Positions 63,065 through 64,000 of a DNA stretch of 64,000 nt are shown piece by piece. The stretch is from an uncultured Candidatus Peribacteria bacterium (GTDB taxonomy: Bacteria; Patescibacteriota; Gracilibacteria; RBG-16-42-10): contig CAZERA010000003.1 in assembly GCA_964514565.1 (NCBI GenBank), positions 25,221 through 89,220 on the forward strand, given 5' to 3'. Under the pieces are notes generated by a model. It searched no databases, was not told the origin of the DNA, and saw only the letters and a program-made list of their open reading frames with translations. The stretch's first letter is position 1. Each line of letters starts with the position of its first letter. The translations under genes were made by a program, and so were the position numbers.

Positions 63065-63176
63065 ATAGATGATTGGAACGCATTCTATCAGGAAATCCTT
63101 CTCAGTCCATCTGGTGTTTCAACTAGTCAGTGTGAGCTGCATTTGCTAGGGTGATTCTGTCGTAACGCCTTCCTCC

Positions 63177-64000
63177 ATGGACAACAATGACCTGTCATCT
63201 CCGACCTCTCCTGGTTCTTCTGGTTCGCCTCACTCTGGTAGTATGGTTAAGTGGCTTTTGGGTGTTGTGGCTATACCGTTTGGCCTCTTGGTTTTCAGTA
63301 TCGTTTTAATGGTTGTGAGCTATAAAGTGGGGACGAGTTACTTTAGTAATCCTCAAGTAATAGATAATTTGCAGCAAACGATCGAGGGGGCAATTGGTAA
63401 AGTTTCTACAGTATTAGATGTACCCAATCCAATTGCACAGTTTTCCACTCCCACCAAAACTAATTCAGCATTAGATAATGCGGCGCAAAAAGTGACTACC
63501 GTTTTGATCTGTATCAATTATGCTGACGAATCTATTCGTGACACTATTACACTTTATAAGCGCAATGTTGATTTCGCTATACCAGCTAAAACCAAATTTT
63601 TGGGTTTGTCGTCTGATGCTTCTTGGCAAGCGTGTGACAAGGCTCTCACATCCGCACTGTCCTTAGCAACTAATACTCTCGATTTAGATCAAGCTCTGCG
63701 TGATTTCCAAGTCCAAGGTAATGCGATAGTCGCTGCATTTAGAGATGTCACGTCGTACTATAAACAAAAAGACTACCTTGATGACAATTTTACTTTTGGT
63801 AAGGCAAAAGATGCTGCGTTGATTCCACTGTCACTTGCTTATCTCAAAGCCTCCGATATTTTCCGTGATGCAGTAGATGCGCAAGAGGATAGCAATAATA
63901 AGGCATATATTGCAGCACTAAGCGCAGATCCTGCTACCAAAAACCAACTGCTGGCTTTGCAAATGTTTATGCAATCCAAAGCTGTGCTACATGAGCTTTA
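63177..64000 (+). CDS. Membrane-anchored hypothetical protein, 3' end outside the window (weak YiiG/DUF3829-like resemblance)
   Basis: The frame stays open from the ATG at 63177 to the window end, and the ORF is absent from the track because it has no stop. It has a TM helix WLLGVVAIPFGLLVFSIVLMVV. The segment ...YYKQKDYLDDNFTFGKAKDAAL... resembles DUF3829 only loosely. Confidence 0.5.
   Translation, partial: MDNNDLSSPTSPGSSGSPHSGSMVKWLLGVVAIPFGLLVFSIVLMVVSYKVGTSYFSNPQVIDNLQQTIEGAIGKVSTVLDVPNPIAQFSTPTKTNSALDNAAQKVTTVLICINYADESIRDTITLYKRNVDFAIPAKTKFLGLSSDASWQACDKALTSALSLATNTLDLDQALRDFQVQGNAIVAAFRDVTSYYKQKDYLDDNFTFGKAKDAALIPLSLAYLKASDIFRDAVDAQEDSNNKAYIAALSADPATKNQLLALQMFMQSKAVLHEL

Noticed and set aside
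1-64000. Alternative genetic code (UGA recoded, as in some CPR lineages)
   Set aside because: Long family-recognisable ORFs terminate at TGA at the expected protein ends. Examples are the ATGA start/stop overlaps at 34748..34751 and 38425..38428, and the rlmI-like gene ending on TAG at the expected position. No gene needs read-through to reach normal length.

Overview
This 64 kb window reads as bacterial DNA using the standard genetic code; TGA acts as a stop in ATGA-overlapped gene pairs. Gene content suggests a small-genome, uncultivated CPR or Peregrinibacteria-like lineage, but that is inference only. The supporting features are many S-layer-homology (SLH) envelope proteins, two giant ORFans, a short pyruvate kinase, an HTH-MurA fusion and many hypothetical proteins. 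I support about 58 CDS, 5 tRNAs (Glu-UUC, Pro-GGG, Pro-CGG, initiator Met-CAU, Thr-UGU), several hairpin terminators and several repeat families. I found no rRNA, CRISPR array, transposase, integrase, reverse transcriptase or phage structural gene.

Recognisable housekeeping genes:
- umuC tail, ybaK-like deacylase, pyk, rlmD-like and rlmI-like methyltransferases, mpg, murA, rpmB and holA.
- FtsB-like protein, an M50 protease, an ABC exporter pair, three NUDIX hydrolases, an EVE protein and a HerA-like ATPase.

Most unusual content:
1. A four-gene operon at 5.4-14.7 kb. It holds a 1641-aa ORFan, an 800-aa protein combining a RIO/Kdo-type kinase-like core with a sigma-54-like N-terminus and an RpoN-box-like HTH, a further ORFan, and a divergent Maf-like protein.
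2. A tRNA-bounded ORFan block at 46.2-53.3 kb with two kinase-fold proteins, a NUDIX, an EVE and an att-like partial duplicate of the tRNA-fMet 3' end.
3. A dispersed repeat module at 54.7-59.0 kb. It encodes an unannotated ~50-aa protein family on the minus strand, with codon-level conservation and one copy frameshifted in a homopolymer. Each copy sits upstream of a different plus-strand cargo gene.
4. One module copy is interrupted by a discrete 530-bp cassette flanked by 21-bp direct repeats. The cassette carries a four-helix-bundle (23S-IVS/Avd-family) gene.
5. Two nearly identical tRNA-Pro genes in inverted orientation bracket a 7.8 kb envelope/export segment.

All functional calls come from motif recognition by eye. 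No database search was run.
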